The position numbers and the translations under genes were made by a program. Of a DNA stretch of 64,000 bases, positions 1-21,230 are shown piece by piece. Position 1 is the stretch's first letter. Every line of letters starts with the position of its first letter. The stretch lies in assembly GCF_009914755.1 (NCBI RefSeq), contig NC_060927.1; one strand, given 5' to 3'. The stretch is from the human T2T-CHM13v2.0 reference genome, Homo sapiens. Below the pieces are notes generated by a model, which saw only the letters and a list, made by a program, of their open reading frames with translations, was not told the DNA's origin and searched no databases.

Positions 1-371
1 TACATCAAGAGGACATTAGCACCAATGTAAGATTCTCATGACTTTTCAACATGTATAAATTCCAAATGACAACTTCTGAGTCAGCTCTCCAGGTAAGGCT
101 AGTTCTTTCACTAGGTTTACAAACTCTTGAATATTACTCTTATCATAGAAAAGTTCAATTTGACGTACAAATTCAATTCTAATGTTGTGGTGCTCTAGCT
201 CTTTCTAGACTCTTTCACCTTTCCTGAAACAGATTCTCCATCATAGAGGAGATGGTGTTTTTCTACTTCGCCATTTTCAGTTTTCACTTCTGCCATTTTC
301 TTTGTTTCCTTATCATTAAGGACAATATCAATCTCACAAATCAGACCAAAAAAGCCTCCAAAAAACCTCAC
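1..371 (-). pseudogene. VPS26AP1: VPS26A processed pseudogene, 5' part (continues off the left edge; probably the locus annotated VPS26AP1)
   Basis: Minus strand reads VRFFGGFFGLICEIDIVLNDKETKKMAEVKTENGEVEKHHLLYDGESVSGKV, then after a frameshift LEHHNIRIEFVRQIELFYDKSNIQEFVNLVKELALPGELTQ, then after another EFIHVEKS*ESYIGANV. This is colinear with the VPS26A N-terminus (MSFLGGFFGPICEIDIVLND...), intronless, with ATG changed to GTG (369-371), frameshifts and a stop. Confidence 0.9.
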
Positions 372-503
372 TGTCAGTGATACTGCCACATCCCCCAATA
401 CTTCACTCCTCTTCCCTCAGAACTCCAAGCCCCCGGCTCCCATCACATGACCTTGGCCCTCTGAAGCTGGAACTTCTATTTGAGGACTGATAAACAGCCA
501 GCA

Positions 504-645
504 GGCCAAGCACAGTGGCTCACACCTATAATCCCAGGACATTGGGAGGCTGAGGCCGGAGGATTGCTTGAGCTCAGGAGTTTGAGACTAGCCTGGGCAA
601 CACAGCAAAACCCTGATTCTATTAAAACAAACAAACAAACAAAAA
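504..645 (+). mobile_element. Alu monomer (FLAM-like)
   Basis: Alu left-arm sequence with an (AAAC)n tail, flanked by AGCCAGCA on both sides. Confidence 0.8.
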
Positions 646-999
646 TATAGCCAGCAATGGATACAATGACTATGGGGCTGAGCATGTCCTCATTCCTCAT
701 TTTAGAACAAGGGTGAGAGTTTCACCCTCTGACATAGCTGTATCTTGTTAGGTAGAAACATAAGAGTTTCATTGTTATATGGGAGCTCAAATGTGTGTAA
801 AGTGCATATGGAAGCTAAGTAGCCAAAATAATAGGCTATGCAAGTAATCAATATATTGCCTCTCAATTCCAAATCTACCTTTCATTGCCCTGCCTGTAAT
901 AATGTAAACATTTCTTCCTAGAGAGCGGGCATGATGACACTAAGCTTAGTAGAGGGCATGGAAGGAAAGGGTTTCTCTTCCTGGTTCTAGTGTGCTTTT

Positions 1000-1918
1000 G
1001 CATCTTCTTACTTCCATGGTGCTCTGCTGGTGTGCAGAACACCCCATGGTGCTCATCCCAACAAGCTTTAGTGGGCATTCTCATGGACATCTTCCCAGGC
1101 AAGTTCCACCAGTGCCTCAAACAGGCTTGCTGGTGATGCCGCAGCACCCCCAAGTACAGCTTCCTGCTTAACTACCTTTGAGGTAGAAGACCAGCAGGAC
1201 TTAATTTCCTGTCGCACCCTGCTGATTGGAACAAGATCTGGCTGAAACCAGCAGATGCTGACAAAAGTAACCTCGAGTTGCCCTCAGGGTTTATTAGCAT
1301 AAAGACACTCCTACCAGTGCCATGGCAGTTTACAAATGCCATGGCAACAGCCTAGAAGTTACCTTATCTGATTCCCAGAAACTTCCAGCCCCTTTTCCAG
1401 AAAGTTCTAAATAACCTGCCTCTTAATTAGCATGTAATTAATAACAGATATAAACAGCTAGCTAGCAGCTCACAGACACCGATTCTGGGCACACTGCCTA
1501 TGGGTTAGCCCTGCTCAGCAAGAAGCAGCACTGGTTCAATAAAAGTTTCTTTCTCTCACTACTGGCTCACCCTTAAATTCTTTCCTGGCAAAGCCAAGAA
1601 CCCTCCTGGGTTAAGCCCCAGTCTGGGGGCTTGTTTGCCCCACATCACCCTGACCTGCAGCAACTCAGCAAACATCTTTACTACCAAATGGAGACTTCCT
1701 CCAAGATATGCAATCAGCTTTGGGGGCAGGGTGGGGGAGGGGCGCATACTTTTCCAAATTTGTTATTTCTTTGTGTACTCTGCCCCAGCCCTAAGGGTAG
1801 TGACTATTCCCTATATCTGTCATTCCTGTATTCTTTAGAGTTCTCTTTACCCCTATAGTAAATTCTCTGTTCAATTTATGGTGTAGCTTCTGTCTCCTGA
1901 ATAGACTCTGATCCAAAT
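1000..1918 (+). mobile_element. Old ERVL-type LTR remnant, interrupted by a younger solo LTR
   Basis: The 3' end resembles ancient LTR termini (...tctgtctcctgaatagactctgatccaaata). Subfamily and left boundary are uncertain. Confidence 0.4.
1179..1647 (+). mobile_element. Solo ERV LTR related to the MER41 group
   Basis: TG...CA ends, MER41-like core gacactcctaccagtgccatggcagtttacaaatgccatggcaac...gaagttacc, AATAAA at ~1538, imperfect 4-bp TSD (cctt/ccct). Confidence 0.75.
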
Positions 1919-2927
1919 ATTGGCCATTAAAAACAGCATAAATCTACATAATAGGAAAGAGTGGAAGAAAAAATGAAAGATGTTTAACCCAAAGAAAATA
2001 AATCAGAAGGCAAATGTTAATCTCTAAATGTCTAAAAAGCTATCACCTACCGCAGAACATACTGTATCTCTGTTGCTCAGCACTAACAGCAGCAGCAGAA
2101 ACAGCAGAATGCCTGTTCGTTTTACACAGAAAAACTGAAGACCAGAAATATTAATTTGTTAAATAGAAAGCAAAATCCTTCAATGAAGACCTCTAAGGAG
2201 TCTAATGTTAATACTTAAGTTTACAGTTGACATAGTTTTGCATCTTCTCATTTCATTTTAAATTGCTGAAAACCCACTGGAGGGCCAGGCTTGCCAGTTT
2301 TTTGCAGTGAGAGTCCTAAGTTAATTTTTTCACAAGAAACAAAACAAAAAAACTCTTCTTTCAGTCTGCCTGGAGCTCACTTTTGAAGTTTCACCTCCAG
2401 TTTTGTCCTCTAGAAACAGAGCATTTCTGCTTCACAATGGACCAATATGCTCCAGTTACATCCGATTAAAATACTGTTACACAACCAATTAAGTAGGAAA
2501 AGGGGCTGATGGTCAAACAGAATGATTTAACAAAAGTATATAATGGGTTGAACTGTAAGAACTTTCTATGTGGACATTAATCATCATTCTAATATCATCT
2601 TACATTTAAATATTAACCCCTTCAACGAGGTTTCAAAGCACTGAAAATAATTTCTGTCACTTCAGGCAAACAACTATTTTTATAGAGCTCTCCTTTTACA
2701 CAGCAGGAATCTTAGCCTCAAAGAGGGCAAACAACTTGCCTAAGAAATCAAAGCTAGTAGGTGCTCTATCCACAGCTTCCTCAAAATTTAAACAAATTCA
2801 TGACAGATAACATATTTCCAGAAAGATGCGTACCAATAACCTGGCAAGAATTATTACGATTGTATCTGGTCTTGTTTTTAAGTTTCTTTTCCCATGTGAG
2901 GCCAGAAACAAATAGATATTAAAGATT

Positions 2928-3880
2928 ATTCATTCAATAGCTACAGAGGATCTACTATCCACCAGACAGTGTTCTAGGTGCTGGGCCACAGCAGTGACCA
3001 AAACAAAAGCCCTGTCCCTCTCATAAAATTTGTTTCTATAATATCTTCTTCTGGTGGGGAAAGGCAGATGAGATAAGTAAACTATACAAATTATTAGAAA
3101 GTGACATGACAAAAGCCACGAAGAAAATTCAAGTAGAACAGTGGGACGAAAAAATAGAAGGGGTGCAATTTTTAAAAAGATAGTCGAGAAGTACTCATTG
3201 AGAAAGTGAAGAGTCAATCATGAATATATCAAAGGGAAGAACATTCCAGGCAGAGAAAACTGCTAGTGCTCAGAGCTCAAGGCAGATGCCCACCTGGCTT
3301 GTTCAAGGAACAGTAGCAAGAACACCATGAAGCAAAGTAAGTAAAGGGGTAACTAAGAAAAGATCTGGTCAGAAAGATGACAACGACATCATAGGGCCTT
3401 GTGGTATTTCATAAGGACTTTGGCTTTTACTTTGAGATGGGCAACCACTGGAGGGTTCTGTGCAAACGAACAGCATGATCAATGTACAGGACCACTGTAG
3501 ATGTTTTTAAGAATATGCTGCAGGGAGCAAGCAAATGGAAGCAGAGAGACTAATTTGGGAAGTTATTACAGTAGCCAAGGTTAATGATGGTGGTCCAATC
3601 AGGGAGAGAGCAGTGGAGGTGGTGAGATGTGGTCAGGTTCCAAATATCTTTTTCTGACAAACTGGGTGTGGGGTGTGAGAGGAGCAGAAGAGGATAGGGA
3701 AACCAAATGTTTAGCCTTAACAACCAGGACAGAATTTCCATTTAAGGAGATGGGGAGGCAGGTGGTTTTTTTCTTCTTTTTCTTCTCTGTTTTGATTTTG
3801 GGGTGGGGCAATCATGAATTCAGTTTAGAACATTTCAAATTTGAGATATCAATTCTACATCCAAATGGAGATTTCAAGCT
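2928..3880 (-). mobile_element. L2 LINE remnant
   Basis: Begins with the reverse complement of the L2 3' end (ttcattcaa...ttctaggtgctggg), followed by typical L2 body sequence. Confidence 0.65.
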
Positions 3881-4149
3881 CGAATTTCAAATTTCCTTAG
3901 TTCTCACTCAACCCCCTCATGGAATTTAACCAATATTGTATCTGTTCTTACAAAATGTTCCCCATAACTGCTTAGCATTTAAGCAATGTTGACATATTTG
4001 TGTATTTCTCTCTGCAACTGGACAAACCAGAACAAACGTACAAAATACCTAACATATAAAGCATCCCTTTAATTCTGAAGAGATCTGTGATATGATGGTT
4101 AATTTGAAATTTTTTTCCCTTTAAATATGAGCTGCATTTGTTTATTTCT

Positions 4150-6292
4150 ACGATTTTAACGATTTTTAAGTGTACAGTTCAGTGGTATTAAGTACATTCA
4201 CACTGTTGTGCAATCATCACCACCATCCATCTCCAGAACTTTTTCATCTTGCAAATCAGAAACTTTGTACCCATTAAGCAACACCAAACACATCCATTCC
4301 CCGCCTCTCCCAGCCCCTGGGAACCACCATTCTACTTTGTTTCTGTAAATTTGACTACTTAAGGTAATTTATATAAATGGAGTATATTTATATTTGTTTC
4401 TGTAAATTTGACTACTTTAGGTACCGCATATAAATTTGTATTTTTGTGACTGGCTTTTTTCACTTAGCATAGTGTCTTCAAGGTTTATTCATGTTGTACC
4501 ATATCAGAATTTCCTTCCTTTTTAAGGCTAAATAACGTTCCATTATATGAATGTACCACATTTTTGTTTATTCATTCCATGTGTTGATGGGACATCTGGG
4601 TTGCTTCCATCTTTTGGCCACTGTGAATAATGCTGCTACAAACATGAGTGTACAAATATCTGTTCAAGTCCCTGATTCCAATTCCTTTGGGCATATATCC
4701 AGAAGTTGGGTTGCTGGATCTTACAATAATTCTGTTTTTAATTTTTTGAGGAGCCACCATACTATTTTCCATAGCACTTTCATTTTACATTCCTATCAGC
4801 AGTACACAAGGGTTCTAATTTTTCCACATCCTCGTAAACACTTGTTAATTTCTGTTCTTGTTTTCATACTAGCCATCCTAATGAGTATGAAGTGATATTT
4901 CATTGTGGTTTTGATTTGCATTTCTCTAATGATTAATGATGCTGAGCATCTTTTCATGTATTTCTTGGCAATTTTTGTATCTTTTATGAAGAAATGTTTC
5001 TTCAAGTCCTTTGCCCATATTTTTAATTTTTTTTTGTTGAGCTCTAGAAGTTATTTACATATTCTGGATATTAACTCCTGAGAAGATATAAGATTTGCAA
5101 ATATTTTGCCTCCATGGGTTGCCTTTTCACTCTACAGAGATAGACAAAAATTTTCAATTTTCATATAGCCTAATTTATCTGTTTTTTCTTTTGTCGTCTG
5201 TGTTTTTGGTGTATATCCAAGAAAACACTGCCAAATCCAATGTCATGAAGATTTCCCTCTATGTTTTCTTCTAAGAAATGTATAGCCTTGGTGCTTTGTT
5301 TAGGTCTTTGATCCATTTTAAGTTAATTTTTGAATATAAGATAATGGTCCCAACTTAAAAAAAAGAGAGGGAGAGACAGGATTTCTCTCTGTCTCCCAGG
5401 GTGAATGCAGCGGTGTACTTTACCATAGCTCACTGCAGCCTTGAACTCCTCAGCTCAAAGGATCCTCCTGCCTCAGTTTCCTGAGTAGCTGGGACTACAG
5501 GCCCACACTACCTTTTTTTTTTTTTTTTTTTTTTTTGAGACAGAGTCTTGCTCTGTTGCCCAGGCTGAAGTGCAGTGGCGCAATCTTGGCTTATGTAAGC
5601 TCTGCCTCCTAGGTTCATGCCATTCTCCTGCCTCAGCCTCCTGAGTAGCTGGGACTACAGGCGCCTGCCACCATGCCCGGCTAATTTTTTGTATTTTTTA
5701 GTAGAGACGGGGTTTCACCATGTTAGCCAGGATGGTCTCGATCTCCTGACCTCATGATCTGCCCTCCTGGGACTCCCAAAGTGTTGGGATTACAGGTGTG
5801 AGCCACCGCACCTGGCCAATTTTTTTTTCTTTTAAGAGATGAGGTCTTCCTATAGTGCCTAGGCTGGTCTTGAACTCCTTGCCTCAAGCAATCCTCTCAC
5901 TTGGCCTCCCAAAGCGCTGGGATTATTGGCATAAACCACTGTTCCCAGCAGGATCCAACTTTTTTATGTGGATATCCAGTTTTCCCCTCATCATTTATTG
6001 AAAACACCATCCTTTCCCATTGAATGGTCCTGGTACCGTTGTCTAAAATCATCTTACCATGTATAAAAGAGTTTATTTCTGGGCTTTCCATTCCGTTCCT
6101 TGATCTATATGTCTCCCTTTAAGTCAATACCACACAGTTTTGATTATTATAGCATTTCAGTAAGTTTTGAAAATCAACAAATGAGACTTCCAACTTTGTT
6201 CTTTTTCAAGATTGTTTTGTCTATTCAGGAGGGCTCCTTGAGATTCCGAATGGATTTTTCTATTTCTGCAAAAAACATTGTTCAGATTTTGA
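4150..6292 (-). mobile_element. L1 (L1M/L1MB-like) 3' UTR and ORF2 C-terminus, with nested Alus at ~5357-5950
   Basis: Minus-strand ORFs give L1 ORF2 motifs (KYMKRCSASLIIREMQIKTTMKYH; ESPEIN...QWERMVFSIN). Confidence 0.85.
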
Positions 6293-6325
6293 GGAAAAAA
6301 TATCATCTTTTAAAAACACATTTAG

Positions 6326-7237
<912 letters not shown>

Positions 7238-7394
7238 CACTTTAAATCGTCCTACCAGCGACCGACATTTCAACTGCTGCTTCTGAGGCTCATAGTTGTA
7301 GCGATCATTTGTGTGTATCTTTCTTATCCACAACCGTAGCATTTTTCACAAGGAATTTATCCTTGAGAAATGTAAAAAGCATGTAAAATTTAAA

Positions 7395-8315
7395 GCTAAC
7401 AGAACTTGAGCAAACAATAGACTACTCAATAATAATTGTTGGATACTGCAATACCTCACTTTCACTAATGGATAGAACAACAAGACAGAATACCAACGAG
7501 GAAAGAGAAGACCTATATAACACTATACACCAACTACATCTAATGGACATCTTACAGAACATTCCACCCGCATCAAGAGCCGAATATACATTCTTCTTCA
7601 GGACAGACCATATGTTAGGCCAGAAAACAAGCCTCCATATATTGAAAGGGATTGAAAGAATACCAATTATGTTCTCCAACCACAATGGGATGAAATTAGA
7701 AAGTAAACAGAAGATTGGGGAATGCACAAATATGCAGAAATTAACACACTCCTAAATAATCAACACGTCAAAGAAATCCCAAAAGAAATTAGAAAATACT
7801 TTCAGATGAATGAAAATGAAAACACAACATATCAAATCTTAAGAGGTACAGCTAAAACAGTGGTAAGAGGGAAATTTATAGCCATAAACACCTATATTAA
7901 AAGAATAAAATAAAATAAAAATCACCAATCACTAACATAACCTTCTACCAAAAGAAACTAGAAAAATAGCAAACTAAACTCAAATGAGGCAGAAGGAAGG
8001 AAATAAAAAAGATTAAAGTGGAAATAAAGGAAACAGAGGAGAGAAAATAGAGAAAACTCACCAAAACTGAAAGTTGGTTCTTTCAAAAGATGAAAAAAAT
8101 TGACAAACTTTTAACTACATTTATGAAGAAAAAAGGAGAGAGGATTCAAACTACTAAAACCAGAAATGAAAAGGAGATATCACTATGAATCTTACAGGAA
8201 TAAAAAAGGTTTATAAGGGAATACTAAGAACTGTAGGCAAACAAATTATATAACCTAGATGAAATGAACAAATTTCTAGAAACATAAAAACTACTAAAAC
8301 TAACTAAAGAAAAAA
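7395..8315 (+). mobile_element. L1 ORF2 endonuclease-region fragment
   Basis: ORFs 7468-7755 and 7722-7913 give L1 EN motifs (DRTTRQ, EYTFF, DHMLGQKTSL, HNGMKLE, RGKFIAIN). Confidence 0.85.
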
Positions 8316-8396
8316 ACGTTTGGGTGGAAAATTCCAAAACTAACATCTGTGGCTATCTCTATAGTTTCTAACAATGCAGCTCAAGAATTAGCACCT

Positions 8397-10113
<1,717 letters not shown>

Positions 10114-11876
10114 ATCAGAATTATATTTTCACTTAAAGCTCAAGAAGAAGCTATTTTGTCTTATTCAATACAAAGCCCCAAAAGAAACTGAAATAACGTG
10201 GCTTAGAGTATTAATTAAATGCTTGGCTTAGAAAAGGATTGTAGTCCATGAGCTGGTTTCAATGGAGTCCTAAACACTCTAAACGTAAATGTAACATCTT
10301 GTATATGGGTATATGTGGACTTTTCTGAAGAGAAATTCTGTATTTTTATTAGAAAACCATGAACCAAAAAAACTTTAAGAAACATTACGTGCTGTTAATT
10401 TGCTGATGTGTCTCCAGCATGCAACTCATTAACTGGAAAATGAAAGAAAAGAAATAAAACTTTGTTCCAGGAATTTGGTGGAGTTCGGATGGATGTCTTG
10501 CTGTCTATACATAGCAACATAATGTGCAGCTTATGTCTGGGCTCCACTTGTGAGTTATGATGCCAATTTACAGCGTGGTTCCAATAGCTGTTCAGAAACT
10601 CTAACACACCACAGATTTATTTATCTGTTAATATTTCACATTTTTGGTGCTTTTGCATTTTTCTGATGCTAAATCCTTTGCATCCTACCAGATGAGATAG
10701 TGATGAAGCACACAGAATACCTTCTGTGTCATGATATTCTAAAAAAGTAGATTTACTGTTTCACTGCTGGCATGACTTTACACATGCAAACAGTTATCAC
10801 AATAGTAAACTGTTTACCTACTCTAATTACGATGGAAACAACCAGTAACACTGCCATTTGTACAGCACTTAGTGCAATGTGTCTAGCCCCAAACACTATA
10901 AATAAGAGTAATTTACCTCCATGGTCGCACAGAGCTTTATCCCACAAATAATTTGTAGTTAAGTCTTGTTAAACCTTCACTGTAATGGAAACGGCATCAA
11001 CATAAAATTGAGGATAATACAGTATTACACATGATTTAGGAATGAAACTAACATTCTGTGCCTGCTGGACCAGTCCTGTGTCTTTGCCTAGAACACCCTC
11101 TAGCCTCCCACCATATTATCAAGTCAATAAGGAGGAAGAATCCAAATGAAGCCAGGTTTCACTTCGCATCAGGGATGAGGACAATAACAAAATTCAAGAA
11201 TTGCTTCAATTACCAAAAGCTTTAAACCTAGGGTATGTATAAGAAAGTTAATGGTCAATTATTCCTTATAGTATTTAAAATCTGTGCTTTAAACCTGAGA
11301 ACAGATTACTGAGCTGTTTTAATAAAAAGGAAATCTAAAAACATTAAATTAAGTGTTCTTAACTAAAATGTCTGCCAAGCTTAAAAAGTTCCTTATGCTA
11401 TGCAAATTACTTAGATATAAAATATTTTTAATGTCTTAATTCAGTCAACATATTGTACTTGCAACCCTACTGTAAACAAACACTAACCCAGAATGGCTAG
11501 GGAACTGCGCATTTTGTTGAATTCTTCCCAGATACTGCATACTGGGTTATCAAATAACAAAGTTATCAAATTAAATGTTACTGAATGTAGTAAATTTTAT
11601 TTGATAATTCAGGAGGCACTTTAGGAAGACTTTGAATGTGAATTTTAACTGCACTAAACTAAATGTAGTGTTAGAAATTAATAAATGTAGTATTAGAAAG
11701 CATCTAACAACAATTGATATACCATGGAAACCTCCTTTTGGAATAACTTCTTCACACCTTTCTGTCAAGTGACTTTCTCACCAAATGACATTAAATATCA
11801 GTAGTCATTTGAACTTCTTAACTTTTATAATTCTGGATAAAAGAGAGTTTACAATAACTATCAAAAATCATAAGTG

Positions 11877-12187
<311 letters not shown>

Positions 12188-12351
12188 TCATAAGTGAAAA
12201 TGCTTGACAAAAACTTAAAAGTCCATACAATTAATCCGGGTGGGATTAGAAGCTATATTAGACCTAGAACTTGGGCCTCAAGTCTTTACCCAACTTGTGT
12301 TTTAGTAACATTATATTTCAACAATTATGACCCCAACCAAATCCAGTCCAT

Positions 12352-14729
<2,378 letters not shown>

Positions 14730-14737
14730 CTAGGCTT
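14730..14737 (-). CDS. MAP4: Coding part of a MAP4 alternative terminal exon (completes Glu98-Ala99-stop)
   Basis: Long pyrimidine tract then ...ctcctcctag|AAGCCTAG. The phase-1 G from the upstream exon gives GAA GCC TAG. Total CDS 223+69+8=300 nt = 99 aa + stop, consistent with the short MAP4 isoform as I recall it (...GSDTTEA). Confidence 0.8.
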
Positions 14738-15058
14738 CTAGGAGGAGAAAAATAGAGAGGGAGGAAGAAGTAGGAAGGGGAAGAAAAGGGTGGAAAAGCA
14801 CAGGTCATTAGTAAACAGCAAGTTCAATATCACAAGATGCTCATAAACCAAAGCTATTAATGAAGCTGGTTTGCTCTCGGGACTATAGATAACATTCTGA
14901 AGGAAACAGAAATGGGAATTTTCAAAATGGCATTGAGTTAGATGCTCCAGGTAGTGATGGCCAAATTAGAATGAAGTCACCACATGCTCCAAAAACATGC
15001 ACTGCCATCCCCTCCCTCCACCTTCCCTCCCCAAATAAAACATGCATATTTTCAGTAA

Positions 15059-15395
<337 letters not shown>

Positions 15396-17136
15396 TCAGA
15401 ACTCAATCCAGGTGTGCAAACTATATGCTACCTAAGGGCAGAGAGGTATCCAAGAACAGAACGACCTACTCTCATAATGCCACTGGGTAGTTCATAAAGA
15501 GCCAGGTTCTTTTTTGTCACAAGGGAATCCTGAAACAGTGAGGGCCAGGATACAGTTTTTACCCTTCTATTCTGTACTACTAAGGCCTGGCAGCGGTAAG
15601 CACCTGCTACACAGAGTTTGAGTCTCTTCTGGTCAGGCATGACTTCCTACTGGAGAAGAAATCTACTCGTTTTTGTAGTTGTTTCCTTCCTGGATGAAAA
15701 TGGCATCCACTCTTTCAACTGCCTAATCAAGTCAATCCCCTCCAGCCTTTCCTTACCCTGGTTAACTGGTTCCTGCTTAAAGAAAGCTGAATTTACTCAT
15801 TTTTTAAAAGTTCATGTTCAAACTTCTCCTTTAATCACAGGGATATTTGCATAAATGTTTTCTTAAAAACCACATCACATAGATGACTGCTTTCAAAGCA
15901 GACACAGAAAGTCAATACTACATTTGACTGAGATTATCAAAGAAATACAAAAACATCAATTCACAAAACTGGAAGATAAAGTGGCATTTCTGGTTGTTTC
16001 TAGCTTCTAAAGTAAAGAGTTCCTAATTTATTAAGTTGCTAATAAGGATGTATATGTCACTTGGTAAACATTCACAACAAAAAGAACTTGGTCATCAAAA
16101 AATCTGATGTATAAAGATATATACAACTTTCCTATGGTCATAGAATAAAGAATAAATCCTAGAATAGCTGCTATTGCTAACAGAAGGCTTTCTGGAAGCC
16201 TTAGAAAAAGAGAAATACTGTGGTGCCTCACAGAAGGGCTTCTCATAGCTGAGGTATGCATATAAGAGAAATACAGAAATATGACAAATCTAGTAACTAC
16301 CTCCACTGCAATAATATGAATCAAATGTATGGCCCAGTTAAGAGCACACTTGCAGGAAACAATGGGATTGATCATTAGAAGTCAACTCATTTGGGTTAGC
16401 AGTGTTGGCCTGATCACAACTGCAAAGTAAATGCAGGTATTTATGAAAATAAAACACGCAACTCTCACATCAGCTACTTAAGAAAATATTTATATAGTAT
16501 ATCCCTGGGACTCCTGCTACTGCTTTGAGAATTTTGCTCACTACAAAGACATTGGGGCAGGGGGTTGGTGCTGGTTATGAGACAGGAACCCACAGAAACT
16601 CAATGCTAACTGAAAGAATATCAAAACCCTAGTAAAGAGCTAAGAGTTTAATTAGAAGTAAATTTCAAAAGCAACAGTTAAGGGAAAGATAAAGGAAACA
16701 CACTGGGGGCAAAATAAATAACTCCTAATTTGTTGTTCACTGGCTTCCTAACATTGAACTGTAGAAAGCTAAACGCAATGTGATTCAGGGAACAGACCTG
16801 CTGTTTTAAGAGTTGTAGTGGCCAAATTCCTCCCATGTAACATATTTTGGTGATCATTATTCTGCATCTACAAAAGTATTTTAAGGTTGATCCAGTTCTT
16901 GTGTGGTACAGCTCCAATAAATATTCAAAAAATATCAAAGCAAACTCATTATTCTCCTTCCATTGTTGGAGATTTTACATGGCAATGTCCTGGGTTTAAA
17001 TACCTCCAACAAGAACACTACCACCCTCAGAAATAATTCATATGCTTCCATTAATAATGCTCTTCAAAGGAGATTATCAAGGTGTTCATTGTAAGTGCAT
17101 CACCTACACATTTGGGGAATCCTGGGAATCACTTAC

Positions 17137-17205
17137 CTGTAGTATCGCTCCCTTCTACTCCATGACCACCATTGGCTAGGAGTGTTGGTTTAGAAGATGG
17201 AGTAT
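17137..17205 (-). CDS. MAP4: MAP4 second coding exon (69 nt, phase 1-1; DTPSSKPTLLANGGHGVEGSDTT)
   Basis: tgcag|ATACT acceptor and ACAG|gtaagt donor; continues the MAP4 N-terminal sequence in frame. Confidence 0.95.
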
Positions 17206-17589
17206 CTGCAACAATGACAAATAATTACCCATTGTGACAGACAGAAAAATGAAAAACAGATCCAACCACTGTCTTATTAATGGAGTTTTTCTCACTCTTT
17301 GTAGCATTAGGTTAAAGCAATTAAAAACTGTTCAAAATTTAAACATTTAACAAAAGGAAACCCAGAAACAGAACTGAACAGAATCATTAATTCCTAGGGC
17401 ACCCAAGCTCTGTAAAGTACCAGTTCCATAGGAGAGCCCCTCATAATAGCAAGTCTAAATCTTTTTCATTCTGTAAATTATCAAAGATTACCATTAAATT
17501 CAGTAAAACCATCATGGAGCAACACAGGTTTGGTATCAGCAATTCAAATCCAAATCAAACGCTCCAAGAACACGAGGGCATTTGTTTTA

Positions 17590-19550
<1,961 letters not shown>

Positions 19551-20543
19551 ACAACTTTTTCTGAAAGTCTCTGACTATATCTAACATTTTAGCAACCAGC
19601 CTAGCTCTGCAGTCACCTTGCTGACCGAAGAATTCAGAGATATTATTCCTAAGACAATAAGTGAATATCTACAATATATGCTACTAAAATAAAAAATGCA
19701 AGATTTTACTTTGGAAGACCACAAACATGCTGTCCAACCCCTTAGTCCTCATAAATACAAGGCAGAAATCTTTCACACAAGCTTCTTGTTGAAAAGATCA
19801 TTCATTCTGTTACTTAAGAGGAACAGCCAAAGAGAACAATCTAAAAGAACAAGGCAGTCCAAAACCAGAATATAATTTAAATAAAAGAAAGAAATAAGGA
19901 AGGAAAGACAACAGAATTCTATTAAATAGCCGCTATGTAACATATACCCTGCTAAGTCTTCACAAACTGCATTTTACTTATCCAGAGAGATGCCATAAAT
20001 ATGCTCCATCCCACATTTGGCATAAGTAAATTCCCTTTCACATTCACACAATAAGCTTATAAGATTTATTCTTCCTCGCTCAAGAAAGAATGCATATTTT
20101 TAAAAACTTGCTTCATTAAAGAATGCATATTATAAGAAAATGGAAATTACAAAAACTGATATCCAGCGAGTGGTATAAGAGCAGCTATTACAGTGATAAA
20201 ACCTTTTAAAATTTGATAACCAGCATTGACAAGGGTAATTTCATTACATCATTTGGGGGAATGTAAATAGGAATAACCTTTTTATGAGACAATTTGGCAG
20301 CCTATCAAATTCTGCAATACTCAACTCAACAATCAGTTTTAGGTATTTAGTTCAAAAAGAGACATAAAAGTATAAAAAAGTGAATATAAACAGAATGTTT
20401 ATGATGGCACTGCTTAAAAACAACAAATGTCCACCAACAGATTATAATATTGTAAAATAGTACACAGTAATAAAAGAAATGAGAGCACTTCGTGTTACCG
20501 ATACAGGAAGATAACAGGTATCTAATAGCTAAATATAGATAAA

Positions 20544-21230
<687 letters not shown>

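Noticed and set aside
7245-7370. Short CpG-containing unique segment as a possible small RNA or exon
   Set aside because: No recognisable snoRNA boxes, tRNA fold or convincing splice sites.
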